Shown here: piece after piece, positions 19,961-42,519 of the stretch | How positions within the stretch are numbered: the first letter of the stretch is position 1 | How the letters are laid out: each line of letters starts with the position of its first letter | DNA from: Hormiphora californensis | Taxonomy: Eukaryota > Animalia > Ctenophora | DNA length: 64,000 nt | Assembly: GCA_020137815.1 (NCBI GenBank) | Contig: CM035358.1 | Location: 868,001-932,000, forward strand | Direction: 5' to 3' | Notes under the pieces: model-generated | What the model was told of the DNA's origin: nothing | Database searches by the model: none | What the model saw: only the letters and a program-made list of their open reading frames with translations | Position numbers and translations under genes: made by a program

Positions 19961-20817
19961 AGTGGTGGTGGAGAGAGGGGGAATGAAGTGGTACTAGAAA
20001 GATGTGGGCAGAAAGAGAGGAGGGAGAATGGAGTGGCACTAGAGAGGAAGGGAGTGAAAGATGTGGGCAGAATGTGTTCTTGGAGGACAGAAACATTGAG
20101 GAGAAACACCAAAATGGTGGGATGACAAAATCTGTTTTAGCTCGGATGGAAAACACCAAATTTAACTGTCAGCTGCTAGTGTTTTTTAAACGGTCAAATT
20201 AGAGCGGTTTTAATGTCCGAAGTTTTTAACTGTAGTTTGAATGTTTATATCAGCCTGTATGTGAAGTATTTTTAAGAGAATCTCTACATGTGTCTGTGTT
20301 TTTATGTAGCTGTGAGCTGTAAGTGTTTTTACTTTATTATTACACCCTTTCTAATTGATTGTTTTATTATAGCGACCATTTACCTAATACCTACCCACCA
20401 CTTACACCCACCTTGTACCAGATACCAGATGTCATACCTTGCACCCCACCACTTATACCTAACTGCATGATTCCCAGCATAATTACCCACTTGCTTCCCT
20501 ATAATTGTAGCATGAATTATATGAACCGTGCTGTATTGGGAATGGCCTACCAAACAACAAACAGCCTGGGAGATGGAGGTCGTGGAGGAATTTAGAGACC
20601 TATGAGATGAAGGGATATCTGGAATCAGCTCAGTAAGTCATTGTTCCTTTACCAATCCTTGTAATCATTCCTTTTTATAGTCCTTTCTCTCTCTTCCTAA
20701 CTCTCCATCCTCTCTTGTTCACCGTCTCACTCTGCTTCCCCTCGTATCCATGGCAACCCGCAGAGACAAACACATAATAGCTAGAAGAGAGAGAGAGAGA
20801 GAAAGAGAGATGAAGAT

Positions 20818-20852
<35 letters not shown>

Positions 20853-20970
20853 TCACATAGGACACTTTCTACACGAGAGTGCTGTGTTGTTGTTGTTGTT
20901 CTATGACCTGACTCTTAGCAAGAGTCTCTGACTCTCTTGCACCTGGTATCATTCTGTGTTTTATCGTGTT

Positions 20971-21639
20971 ATATACCCTGCTAACTTAAATAACCCGCCA
21001 GTCCCACTAGCGCGCTTTCAATAAACAGCCAGTCCAGCGGCAGATTATTTCCCACTGGCAGGTTATTTATTTTGAACTCCTATGTAACATTCAAAGTGTG
21101 TGTAAATGATCAGTTCTTACTAAAATACAGAGGGAACACTATGTGCAACACTTACACACTACATTGGAGAGAAAGAAAGGACACATTCCGTCAATTACTC
21201 TCTCTTTATCTCCCCTTTTGTCTCACTATCTCTTCCTCTGTGTTATGTGTGACATGCCCCTTATCAGGCTATTTCTTTCACTCTCTTTCCTTAGCAACTG
21301 CTTAGTAACTGTTACCAAACAGTGTACACTCAATTGTGAGGTGTTTTTAACTATTTCTCAGTTCTCTTTGTGTGTTTTGATTAGTGTTCTCTCTCTTGTT
21401 GGTGTGTAATACTTGAAATAAACAACTAAAGCAGGGTATATAACCCATAAACTCTGACCACTGGCACGTTATAGGTTTAAACCCCTCCGCCTCTCCCTCG
21501 GCTCCGCCTCGGGATCGTCGTCGTGATTTAAACCAGTTTATCCGCCAGCGGCGGATAAACTCCAGCTAACTTCTCCCAGCGGCGCGCTGGGAGAAAGTTA
21601 TCTGAAATAACGCGCCAGTGGCCAGAGTTTATGCCTCAT
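20971..21639 (+). mobile_element. Dispersed ~670-bp composite repeat (family B), copy 1
   Basis: Near-identical inverted copy at 58255-59326. It has two internal TIR pairs: tataccctgct/agcagggtata and cataaactctg.ccactggc/gccagtggccagagtttatg. Confidence 0.88.
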
Positions 21640-23943
21640 GTATTCTTTTGTTCTTCTATGAAAATGATCCCAGTATCACTGCAATGAAATAGTCATCCTG
21701 TCACATCTAAGGTGGCTGTTTCTTCGCACACTAAATGGCCCGGTTCGGAGAGGGCAGTCTTTGTGCACTAACGTATCTCTTGTTCTTCATTATATGAGCC
21801 ATCCTCCTGCGGTTCGTTCCTTCTTCTCAGCAAGGGAAGGGGCTTAACTTCGTTACCAAGGGAGGATCATACCCTAGCAGTTCTGTTTTCATACATGAAT
21901 ACATTTATGTGATACAATTAAGTGTATTTGTACTATGTACATTGTACACACAATGTACAGTGTACACGCCTCATGTTTAGATATATCACTGTGCCAGTAC
22001 ATGAACCACATCTAACTTTGTACTTCTGAACTATTAGTAGTGTACAAGTAGTGCTATGGAAACAGAGCTCTACCACAACACAGTTATGATATAGTGCACT
22101 ACATTGTGTCGTATGTAGGGCGGGCTGCACAATAGACTCTCTCGCTTCTGACTGCACACTACAACAACTCTCTTTCTCACCATCTACAATTTCTAATGCT
22201 TGCCAATGCTCTTTCCATCTTATCGCTCTTGTTCTACTATTCGGTTTCTACTTCTCACTAATAGGATGGGCTGGGGTAGTGGGGTTTTCACTGCACTTTT
22301 TATGTTCTGTTTATCTCCTGTTTATACTGATAATCTCCTGTATTATTCTGGGGATGATGTCTGTTTAACGCTCTGTTTTGATTAGGTCAGATCGGGTCGG
22401 TGCCACCAGACGGTGTAACGCTAAATGTGCACCTTATGAAAAACAAACAAACAGTCTGCCATATCTTATTAGCTTTTGTTGTAAGTCGTAAGAATAGATG
22501 CGTTATACATAAGCTATCACACATGCATTACACCAAGTAGGCTCGCGAGGATATTACCGCACATGACCACCGCTATGTCACATACTATATCATGGTGATG
22601 ATATTATGTGCATTAAATTCACTGTCTCTTCCCTGTGCTTGTGACGTTATTTCGTATCTGAATCGTATCTGGATCGAAAGTAAAGACTCTGAGTGCAAGT
22701 GTCCCCCTGTGTTATCCCCATGACAATAAGGGAAGGTATGTGTGTTACCATGGTAACTATCACTAGGGATGGTATGTGTGTTACCATGGTAACTATCACT
22801 AGGGAAGGTATGTTATAACAACAGGGCCATGGGCTTCACTTCCTAGTGACATATTAATTCACTTTGCATCACTGTTTTTTGTTTCTAGTTTCTTGTGCAT
22901 GTTTATACGAAGTGTATGTATAGATGTCAGTGTACACTGCTTTGTCCGTACTAGCTTTTTGAATAGAAAGTTCTAAATATAAACTTTATGTACATAGATA
23001 GACGTCATGTATCGTAATGTATCGTTACACTAGATGCAATGTATCATAATTCAGGTACCGTATTGGCGTATTCACCGATATTTTCTGAATGTACACGATG
23101 TAGACTTTAAAATCCATATTTGGCGTCACACATATCTTGAGCTGATCAAGAGTTACGTATGATGAGAGAGATTTATTTATACGAACTAAAATGTACTATC
23201 GATCAGAGCTTGTTCTGCTTGTGTGTATATCTCCATCAATTACCAAGCAATTATACCAAACTGCTGAATTGTACTTCTTGCCTGGCCATCTATTTTGATT
23301 CTGCAGGCCATGGCCATGTTGTTTTCTCAGTTCAATTATTGAGACAAACACAGAACTGTGTACTAACTGTTATGTACGAACAGATCTGACCTTATACGGC
23401 CACACAAAAGTACATTATTTTACAGTCTGTTATTGTATATCTTTTTGTATCCTAGACAACTGAGAGACTTTAACGAGAAATAATGGAGAGGGAGGGAGAG
23501 AGAGAGAGAGAAAGAGAGAGAGAAAAGGAAGTTATTATCCCAGCCCCTGGTTTGTATACCATCTAAATCTAAATCTCATACAGCAGTATTTGCTTTGTAC
23601 AATGTACTACAATGTACACAATACGTTTAAATGGGTGTCGTCAAAGAGAGATCTAGTCCTCGCTGACATCTCTTTTGCTACTTGAATAAACATCAACTCC
23701 CTATGGTGTGTGATGTGTGTGTTAGCAGGTACAATTGTTAGCACGTTAGTCCCACTATACCTGATCTTGCTTTATCTTGCTTAGGTCGGTCTAAACCTCA
23801 CCCAGTCTTTCCTTATTCTGTCTATTGCACAATTACTGTTATTTTATTGTATCATACCCCTTTTTGTACCCTTTCTGTTGGTTTAGTTCCCACCATTACA
23901 CTCCCATCCTGTTTGTAGGAGGGCCACTTCTGGTGAGCTTCAT

Positions 23944-32888
<8,945 letters not shown>

Positions 32889-32988
32889 NNNNNNNNNNNN
32901 NNNNNNNNNNNNNNNNNNNNNNNNNNNNNNNNNNNNNNNNNNNNNNNNNNNNNNNNNNNNNNNNNNNNNNNNNNNNNNNNNNNNNNNN
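32889..32988. other. Assembly gap (100 N)
   Basis: Run of N. Confidence 1.
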
Positions 32989-34430
32989 GTGTAAAATGAT
33001 TTTCTTTGATGTTTTGATACTCTTGAGTGAATCTGAGGTGGTCAAGGTCAGGACAGTTTAGTAGTTTGTGTTTGGAGGTTTTCTCTTTCCCACATAACTC
33101 ACAGTTGGGATTTATGGAAGGGTCTCTGTGGGAGAGGGCGCTTCCTAGGTTGTCTGCGCCCGATATGGCCAGTGTCAGACTTTCATTGTCTCCTTGTTTT
33201 GATTGTTAGTTAGTGTTTCTCTAATAATCTTTCCGATAATCGTTGTGTAAACTCAGAGTAATTTTTCGCTTTAGTTCGGCGATTGTCCCTGTCTTGTGTT
33301 GTTGTTTCAGCTTTGTCGTTATTTGACTTTGTTTGTCACTAGTGCATTCTGGGTGTTTTTGCTGTTGCTGCAGTCGCTTGTTTGCATTTGGTCTGCCTCT
33401 CATTGCCTTCTATGTTTGCGTGGGCCTTCACCTTTACTTTTTATACGCCATTATCTCTTTGCAGTTCGTGTATACTTCGGTAGAGTTCGGTTTAGTTGTT
33501 TGGAGTTTGAGAAGTTTCTGTTAGTCTTCTCAGTGTAGTGCTAGAGTCGGTGTGGATCACTAGGTGTTGACCCTTTGTTTCCATTTTAGTAGTTTCTTTA
33601 TTACCATATGTATGCCAGTAGCTCTGCTTGGTTATGGTGTTTTCGGGTGCAAGGGGCTCTTGAAGGATGATTTCCTGGTTATCATGTAGATTATGGCTCC
33701 TGCTCCTGTCAGTGTGTGAGTCTATCTTAATTCTGACCCATCGTTGTACGCGTTTATACTTTGTTTCTGCTCAGTGGGAGTTTTGTTCAAAGGTTATATC
33801 GGTGTATTTTGTCTGGTCGATGGCATTAGGAGTTTTTAGGCTTGTTAAGAGTAATTTCATCGCCTTCGAGTGCGTTAGATGCGCTCTTTTTTCGTTGGAA
33901 GGGGTCTGTCCACCAGTTTCCTCAAGCCTTCAGGTTGATGTAGTTGTTGATACTTTCTTGTTGATGTGGTAGGTGACATCGTCCTCCTGCCATTGTGGTT
34001 AGCACTATGTGTGCAGTGTGTTCGTTCCTCCGGTGATCCTTCGAGTGATAGAGTTCTGTGCTGCTTCAGCTTCATCTTGAGTGTTTGGTTTTCAGCGCTT
34101 TGCCCCATATGCCTGCCCGTATGTCAGGGTCTTCATAGGATATTGTCGTGAACGTATCTCCTTAGGCTGTGCTTATTCCCCATTTTGTTGTCATGAGGTG
34201 TCTCAGTGGTCTCGCAGATCTTTAATTGTTTCTGTTTTATTTGGACGTGGCGGCTTTGTAGTTTAAGTTTTGTCCAGGGTTAAATTCCTAGACATCGCCT
34301 GGTTTGGACTGGGATAGTGAGTGGCTAGAGAGGGTGTGGATCACTAGGTGGACTCCTTTGTGTCCCATTTTGGTAGTTTCTTATTACCAATTGTATGCCA
34401 GTAGCTCTGCTTGATTTATGGTGTTTTCGG
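32989..34430 (-). mobile_element. Degraded non-LTR retrotransposon (LINE) ORF2 3' fragment
   Basis: The minus strand encodes LTLAISGADNLGSALSHRDPSINPNCELCGKEKTSKHKLLNCPDL, resembling the C-terminal CCHC knuckle of LINE ORF2. The sense strand is strongly A-rich, the frames are interrupted, and ~100 bp is duplicated (33550-33650 and 34334-34432). Confidence 0.6.
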
Positions 34431-34560
34431 GTGCTGTTAGTTTTCCAAAATCCAGTTTCTGGTTTTTGTCATATATGTTTGTGGTATCGTGTATCGCCGA
34501 TACTATCGGAAATTTAAATGTTTCAATATCAAGCAAAAGTGAAAAAGAATTCATAAAGTC

Positions 34561-34628
34561 GCCTGACCGGGATTGAACCTGGCATTCTATGCTTCTTAGC
34601 CCAGAAAGTGGCCATTAGACCACGGAGC
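34561..34628 (-). pseudogene. tRNA-like sequence (tRNA-derived SINE head or tRNA pseudogene)
   Basis: Minus strand has A-box TGGTCTAATGG and B-box GGTTCAATCCC at tRNA-like spacing. Acceptor and anticodon stems pair poorly. Confidence 0.55.
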
Positions 34629-35177
34629 TGTTAGGTACAGTGCAATTCAGATATACTTATCCTGTGCCGAGATTAGAAATTTGGCAGAGGTTCCCCAGGG
34701 GCTCCTGGCCCCTACTCGGTTTTTCAAGAAAGTTCACCCGGCCAGATCTGGCCGCCGGTGCCTGTTATTGGAGCAACAGGAGCCCTTGCACAAAAGCTTT
34801 ATTGCACTTGAGTAATGTTGGTAAATATACTAAGTGTTATCGTGTTGGTCGGTGGGCAGGATTCCCTCAATTTGTGTTAATACCATTTGTTACAGTTGAC
34901 CGCACTTTATTGATCCATCAGGCCCCAGGATCGCGGCTACGGGACCTATCCCTGGCCTTTCCCAGAGAGACCTCCCTCCCCGGGTCCTTCCTGTGAAGGA
35001 CCCGCAGCACCCACCCCCCATGAGATTAGGCCCTAGGCTGCCACAGGGAGTCAGAAAATCCTGTCACCTGACTCCCCCCGCAGCAGTATATAGTGTTGAA
35101 GACCTTACATCGACTTGCTAGCCTTCATAACTCGGAGGGAGTGGTTGACGCATCCTAACCACCATATGACTGTCTGA

Positions 35178-35278
35178 CAGTGGTCATCCGACGTGGGATT
35201 CGACGTGGAATTCTACCAGATGAGAGAGGCGCGTCGAACTTCACGTCGAGATATGGCAATTATGTCGGATGACCACTG
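35178..35278. mobile_element. ~100-bp MITE
   Basis: 15-bp perfect TIR CAGTGGTCATCCGAC; no clear TSD. Confidence 0.65.
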
Positions 35279-35677
35279 CTACCTATTACCTAATCTGAAC
35301 GCTCTGTAGCCATCAGATAGCCTTATGAACCTTAAAATGTGCTAACAACCCAATCAAATTACGTGTGGAACTGGAGGGCCTCCACACGGGTTAGGATACC
35401 ATTGGGAGTACTTTTGGCAAATATAGCCGGGTACTTTTTGTAAGTTGGTCCCTTAGGCCTAACACGGGAATGATAAGTATGCGGTTTGGTAAAAATCTGC
35501 CGAAGATTCAAGCTGTATTTTAAGTGAAAATAATGCTGCATCTTTGTTCTGGGTCACACACATTGAAACACAGTTGCCGAACATATTTTAGGTGCATTTA
35601 ATGTGTGACTGGTAGAGCATGGGACGGAGGTTGACCGCTCTCTAACCAAGATATGAAGGTGATAACGGGTGAGAGAG

Positions 35678-35844
<167 letters not shown>

Positions 35845-37245
35845 GGGGAAGGGAAGATAGGTAGGGAATGAATTTGGCCGCCTTAATCACATCAGTGAAT
35901 AGATTTATTATTGATAATTGCCTCCCATTAGTTCAGATGATAAGAAATGCCAATCCTAAAAAGTAACATTAATCCCACTAAAAATACCACGAATGAATTT
36001 GAATGATCAAATGAGTCAACTGTCAAGTTATTGTCCTCTTTGCTCATGATCTCTAATTGTTCCAGCTGCCCCAAAAGCCAAAAAACACGACAACAGCCAC
36101 AAGACATGGTCAACCGTCAGCCCCTAACAGTGCTGCTTGTAGTCGCATTACCGTAATGGAAATACAGTAATGAGACGCACACTTTGCATAAAATTTTAAT
36201 TAAGCTATGGGAAAACTATACATACTTGGATTGACATATCCGTAGTACGGTATCAACAACGTGACAGTCGTCATCCGACCTATTAGTAGCACGATACTGG
36301 TAGTATCTATCAGGGACCTCAAGGGGTGCTTCATGCCTTTCTAATACTCCATAGATGGACCACTACCACCGTTATAGGCTTGCAGACTATAGAGGATGAC
36401 TGAGAGATCAATACTTCGACGGGAATTGCAAGTCATCCAATTAATTTGTCCACCGATCGCGATGTATATATCTCGAACTGATTGAACTTATCCTGGATCT
36501 TTCCGTCGGAGTTTTTTCCTTCCCTTCGACGAGCCCGATAAAACGATGGATCCTTCTAACGAAGGATTGCTCGCTAAACGATATATATCTAGTCTATGCA
36601 CATCTGGGACCGGCGACAATATGATATAAAAAACCCCGTTAGAATCTATATAATAGGGATTAGGGGATACCCTTAATAAAATTTATTGGTTACAAGATAA
36701 TTTTCATGCACTGCCACACGTGATTTGGGCTCACATTGTGGGGATAATTCATTATCATTATATCTTATATCTTATATCATTATATCTTATATCATTATAT
36801 CTTATAAGTCAATCAAGGGTGGACATTGGACATAGAGAAATATTGATAAGGCGGAAAGATAGAGAAAGACTGATATTAGATATATGATTCATTTTATTTG
36901 GAAAAGATAAATTATATCAGGTGAGCTATTGGTTGGTCGTATTGATACCTGAGTGAGATCGACGTGCGCGAGACTGAGATCGATCTCACATACAGGTCTC
37001 TGCTTTGGGCACGTCGCGCCCCTCATGTTCGTGCGCCCGTAAGGCGATCCCCTCACATAAGGTCTGCTTATGCGGGCAAGTCTCTGCTCCGTTACAGTGC
37101 TGCTTGTAGTGAAGAAACGGTAGTGGTATTTCAGTAATCTGTGCGGAATTTGCGTGACGCACAATTGCTTTTGTCAACAATCTGTTAAAAGCACTTTTTG
37201 GTCAGCATGTACTAACGTGCTGATTGGCCACGGTTGCACGTCTTC

Positions 37246-37321
37246 ATACCGTGTCTCTGTTTTCCATTACCGTTGTCCCACTATAGTGGGAAAACGGTAA
37301 TGGAAAACGGAGACACGGTAT
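37246..37321. repeat. 76-bp near-perfect palindrome
   Basis: ataccgtgtctctgttttccattaccgttgtcccactatagtgggaaaacggtaatggaaaacggagacacggtat. Confidence 0.85.
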
Positions 37322-37872
37322 AGCCTATCCTTACCTGTAATTATAGGCAAATTGGCTCACGGACAGCCCTTTTGCCGGTTTTTGGGGGCGATACTTCCCG
37401 ACAAGATAAAAAGCTAATTCCGGTTGCGTTGGATTCGTATTGAAAAGCACATTCAGAAACATGTTGTTCCTTATTTCTGCGTTGATGACCGTCAGACCCT
37501 ACTTTACATGGCACACACGTGAGTTCTTGCTCCTATTCTTCGCGGGATCCTATTCTTCGCGGAGCGAGAATAGGTTGCAATGGATCCGAACCTATATTGG
37601 CATCATTGAAAAATTATTATAGGTGCGAGGTCAACAGGTGGATAAAGTGGGTGATGAATCACATGATATTGGTAATATCGAATAAAAATATGTAGTAAAA
37701 AGGCCAGAACTACTGTAATATATGCGTTGCCTGATCTCATCAGGATTGCCACCAGTCAGAACTGGTGCTTCTGTTGAAAATCTTGTGATTATCAAAAATC
37801 GATCCAGATCGAGAGAAATCCGTAGAGTCAGAATCGGAATGAGAGATGGAGAACTATAGACAGAGAGAGGGG

Positions 37873-37970
<98 letters not shown>

Positions 37971-38496
37971 TGAACTGCGTCTATGATCCGGGGTGTGATG
38001 TCCATGCTTTATTTTGACAGATTGCATCGTCTAGACAGTTCTCCCATACCTCCCGCCCTTCTCGTCTCCTTAGTAGTAGCAAAAATATTTCAAGTTAGAT
38101 AGAAAGGTTGTGATATATGAATATCGTACCGTAAATATAGGCCCGGTAAATTGACTGCTTGGTGCTAGGTCAGCTCGAAAGAGAGACTGTACCGCTATAT
38201 ATATATATACTTTGGATTGAAACTGTACCTCTTTGTTGGGTTAACATGAAATTGATGCAAAGTTTTTGTACAGGTGTGTGGCAAAAACCTTCCCTAGAAG
38301 TAGACAGTTTCTAACATCATGGAGCGCTAAAACGTTCCACATTCAATAACACTGGTCTGAACCTAAAGTTTAGACCTCTGTTATAACAAAATGCATAACC
38401 AAAGACCCCAAGTTGTACTTTAGGAACCTTCTCTCACACACGGGGTGTAAACTCTACGAATAACCCGTACGTTGGTTCAATAGGATGGCTGTAAAG

Positions 38497-38605
38497 CAGG
38501 AACCGACCGAATCAGGAAATACTGGTCCCTGATTGGCTGATAACCAGTCACGTGACCTAAATAACGAATTCTGATTGGCTGTTTACTTGTTTCGGTCGGT
38601 TCCTG
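38497..38605 (+). mobile_element. MITE family A, copy 4
   Basis: Same TIRs and body. Flanks do not form a clean TSD (ctgtaaag / ccatcaag). Confidence 0.9.
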
Positions 38606-38874
38606 CCATCAAGGGTGGCAAGCACAAGATGGCCAAGATGGATATTTAGATAGTAGTTGGATGGTGGTGCTATTTTCAACAAACGTAAAATCTACACGTA
38701 TCACATGATCTCATCCTGTTATAGGTTATTCCGAGTCTCCTCCACAATAACAAAGTATAAATAGTTCCTAATATAGTAGTGAGCCCCATCAATTCTCTCT
38801 CCAGGTAGCTACTTCTCTGATAAGGAATTCCCCATACTGAGCAGAACTGCCGGTTGATTGGTCAGACATTCTGA

Positions 38875-38943
<69 letters not shown>

Positions 38944-39889
38944 AGTGTTCGGGGAGCTAGGTCACCCGTTCCTGCAGATGGGCGTCTCTTGGCCTCTCTC
39001 ACGCGTTATGGGCAGAACCTTCGAGCGTCAACGCATCCCATCTTTCAGTTTGATTTACAACTTTTTCTCTTTCGCACAACCTATTGAGCTCGTATTGTAA
39101 AAACAAAGTGTAATTTCGTCGTCATGCCGCGTGATTTTAACATTGAATCCCTGCTTAACATCAACAACTCCAGCAGCAACAACCGAGATCAAAATTCCGG
39201 TAAGTAGATCATGATACTTAGTAGTTGATGTTTTTATAAAGGAGCACACCATTATTGGACTGTCATGTTTTATGAAGGAGCAAGAACTCTCGAAAGCCGA
39301 TACCATGAGATTTTATACCAGCCACTGAAGTTTTAAATATAGTGGATTTTCGGCCTGCGCTAAATATGACCTAATCCTTTAGCACTACCAGTCTCAGTGT
39401 CTGTCCTTTTCAGTTCAAAATATATTTCCCCGATCGAACTTGTAGCAATGTACTATAATAAAAGCTGCTTCCTTCCCGAGTTACTTGCCCACTAGATAGT
39501 ATGGATAATATCCATTGGATATCCACCCTATTTTAGTATGGCGTTCTTTCTTCCACATTGCCCCGAACTTTAGTTGTTCCTGCCCACTTTTTCATAATTT
39601 AGCAGTGGTTTTTTGGGTTACTCAGCTGAGCAAACTTACTTAGCTGAGCAAACCGCATACCGCCCGGGTATGGGTAACTATGGCGCTAAGCTCCCCCTTT
39701 CTCGATTTCGATGAAATGGGGGGAACCTATGACATCAGCCATAGAGTCTGTCGTAATGGTAATGGCTTTACCACTTCAAACTATCAACAGCTTGATTTAG
39801 CAGTTCAGTGTTTGTAAGAATGTTATAGGCATACCGTACTGTGCTCGGTCGCTCTGATCCAGTGTTAAATACTCCAGCAACTGATCATA

Positions 39890-40129
39890 CCTTACTCTCG
39901 TTAATTAAGCTCGCATATTTCAAGAAACTTTTAAATAAGAAACTTTTTTCTAGGAAAATACAGGTGTAAACAATCCAAAAACAAAAAGAATTTCTTCTTT
40001 ATCAAGAAACTATACAAGTTAGGGGTGTTCTATTTTGTTGTGGTGTCTCTGAGTTGTGTGATTTACATTTGAAAAGTTTCTTATAAAAAAGTTTCTTACT
40101 AAAGCGTTTCTTAAAAAACGAGAGTAAGG
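39890..40129. mobile_element. TA-flanked MITE
   Basis: TIR ccttactctcgtt / aacgagagtaagg, internal aagaaac sub-repeats, TA on both sides. Confidence 0.7.
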
Positions 40130-40823
40130 TAAACACAACCTGGGGCGAAGACATCCCATCTTAGAAAATGGTTTATCTAGTGGCCCTTCCAGCTTCAATT
40201 CCTCTTCAATGTACTAATGTGAATTCCCACCTCACTACACCTCACCTCACTTCCCTCACACACCTCACCTATTCCTAATCACTATAGCTCCCATTCACGG
40301 ATCACTATTCAACACAACTCTTCCCTGCAGGTAACAGCTCCCGAAACGCCAGGTGCTGTGAGTGTTCGAAGGATGCATTTCGGTTGGCGGGACGGAACAA
40401 ATCCTGTCGGTGTAGATGCCATGAAAAGGAACGAGGTGGTGGGGGTCTCTCAATGTCTTACGGTGAGTAGCATGTAGTACCATCAAGTTATCACCTGCAG
40501 CTTTGGGTTACCAGTCATCCCATATTGCACACTCCGATCTGTGTAGCTCCCATTTATTCTTTAAAATATTATATGTGCGTGTTCTCACGTTGATATAATA
40601 TATTTACTGGTGTTAATAGTTTTAGTAGCTCCATTACCCTTGCGGCCACTAACACATCCCTCGTTTCACGCTCCAAGTTGCCTATTCCCTTTGCGCCCTA
40701 TGTGAGCCCAATGTCGGCGGCCGGTGAGATGTAACGAAAACATATTTACAGAATACTAGCTATAGAAAGAGAGAGAGATAGAAAGATAGAGAGATAGATT
40801 GTTATGAGATTAGAGAGAGAGAG

Positions 40824-40893
<70 letters not shown>

Positions 40894-41314
40894 CTTTCAT
40901 ATTCCCTATTTATCAAAGGGTCGAGGGTGCTTTTTAACAGCAGAGAAGCAGATAGTTGGGTATGACGTGATACAATCATTTGGTTGTTCTTTGTTAGATC
41001 ATACCAGAAATATACTCAGTATGTCCAGGATGACGTTTTAATAACAACGATCTATAGACTTTTTAACATTCACGGCCTTATAGTATTATAGCTGCGACAG
41101 GAAAAACGAATCCGGTATTCAATAATCTATAGCCTAGAGTTCTCAGTATCAAAGATTAGTTACGGGAGTGCTCTCCCCCTAAAAATTGAAAATAATTTAC
41201 AGCGACGAACTTCTATCGGAACAAAAGGATTTTCCCATGGGTCTCACTTTACACGTGATGGAAAGGGAATATAGTCGAAAAAATGGGCCATGTTTTTTAT
41301 CGAATTTGCAACTA

Positions 41315-42172
41315 CAGTCGGACCCCGATTTAGGGGCCCCCGATTTAGTGGCACCCCGATTTAGGGACAGGATTTTTTCCCCCAAAAATTTTTTGAATTT
41401 TTTTTGTGAAATTTTTTTGAAAATTTTTCAAAAAGGTACCAGCCACGTCCGAATCGTGTTTCGAATCAGTGAATCTTATCGCATGTCCTGCTGCTAATCA
41501 GACGGTTCGGAACCAACCGATACGTGATCCCCATGGGACCATTGAATAACAAGTTCACCAAGCGTCAAAATTTCGATTCGATGGGGATCACGTTTCGATT
41601 CGTTCCGAACCGTCTAATTAGCAGCAGGACATGCGATAAGATGCACCGATTCGAAACACGATTCGGACGTGGTTGGTATACCTTTAAAAAAAATTAAAAC
41701 TTTTTTGCAAAATTTTACAGTACGATTCTCAATGCTTTGATCGGTGCTCCCCATAAGATTTGAGAGAAAAAGTTATTTTGAAATTTTGATACTTCCTCAC
41801 CCGCTTAGGGTCCCCGATTCGGCATGGTATCACGTATCGGTTCGTTTCGAACCCGCTAATTAGCGACAGGACATCCACCGATTCGACAGGACATCCACCG
41901 ATTCGAAACACAAATCGGCCGGGCTTAGAAATTTTTTTTGCAAAAAAAAAACCATTTTATATTTTTCTATTTCTAATCAGAAATGATGATGTCATCAATA
42001 CATGAATATTGCAGATAACAGTTAGAGGTGTCTTTAGTCTTAATAATATAGCATTTTGAGCATAAAATAGGTTTTTATTGGCCAAATATGGCTCACACCG
42101 ATTTAGTGAACACCCCGATTTAGTGGACAAGACCCTTTCCCCCGAGGGTGTCCCTAAATCGGGGTCCGACTG
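41315..42172. mobile_element. Tc1/mariner-like non-autonomous element (family C, long form)
   Basis: TIR CAGTCGGACCCCGATTTAG, TA TSD, internal palindrome at ~41440-41680. Confidence 0.85.
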
Positions 42173-42362
42173 TATTTTAATGTTAATTCCTGCTCTTAAT
42201 ACCAAAACATAACTTATCTGTGCTGCTAATATATATAGTTCCAACAAAAGGCACCAAGTACGTCACCACCCGTAGATCTTCAATTTACTTGTGTGTCTCA
42301 TACCGTCATTTCATTTCATGAGGGTTCGGCAGATCAACAATTTACTACCCGATCAACATTTA

Positions 42363-42519
42363 CAGTGGGACCCCGATTTACCGGGATGCTCGGGGGAAAG
42401 GATTTTGTGCAGTAAATAGGGGTGCCCGGTATATCGGAGTCAAATACTGTTAATTTCCTATTTCGGGGGAAGTTTATCCTCCCGGTAAATCGGGGTTCTG
42501 GTAAATCAAGGCCCGACTG
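42363..42519. mobile_element. Family C-related MITE
   Basis: cagtgggaccccgatttacc...ggtaaatcaaggcccgactg with TA flanks. Degenerate relatives at ~12863, 29937, 32156, 47784 and 57471. Confidence 0.8.

Noticed and set aside
21072-21409. Near-identical ORFs at 21072-21409 and 58544-58797 suggesting a duplicated gene
   Set aside because: Both lie inside family B repeat copies and show no protein-like features.
34561-34628. Functional tRNA gene
   Set aside because: A and B boxes are present but the cloverleaf stems do not pair well; kept only as a tRNA-like element.
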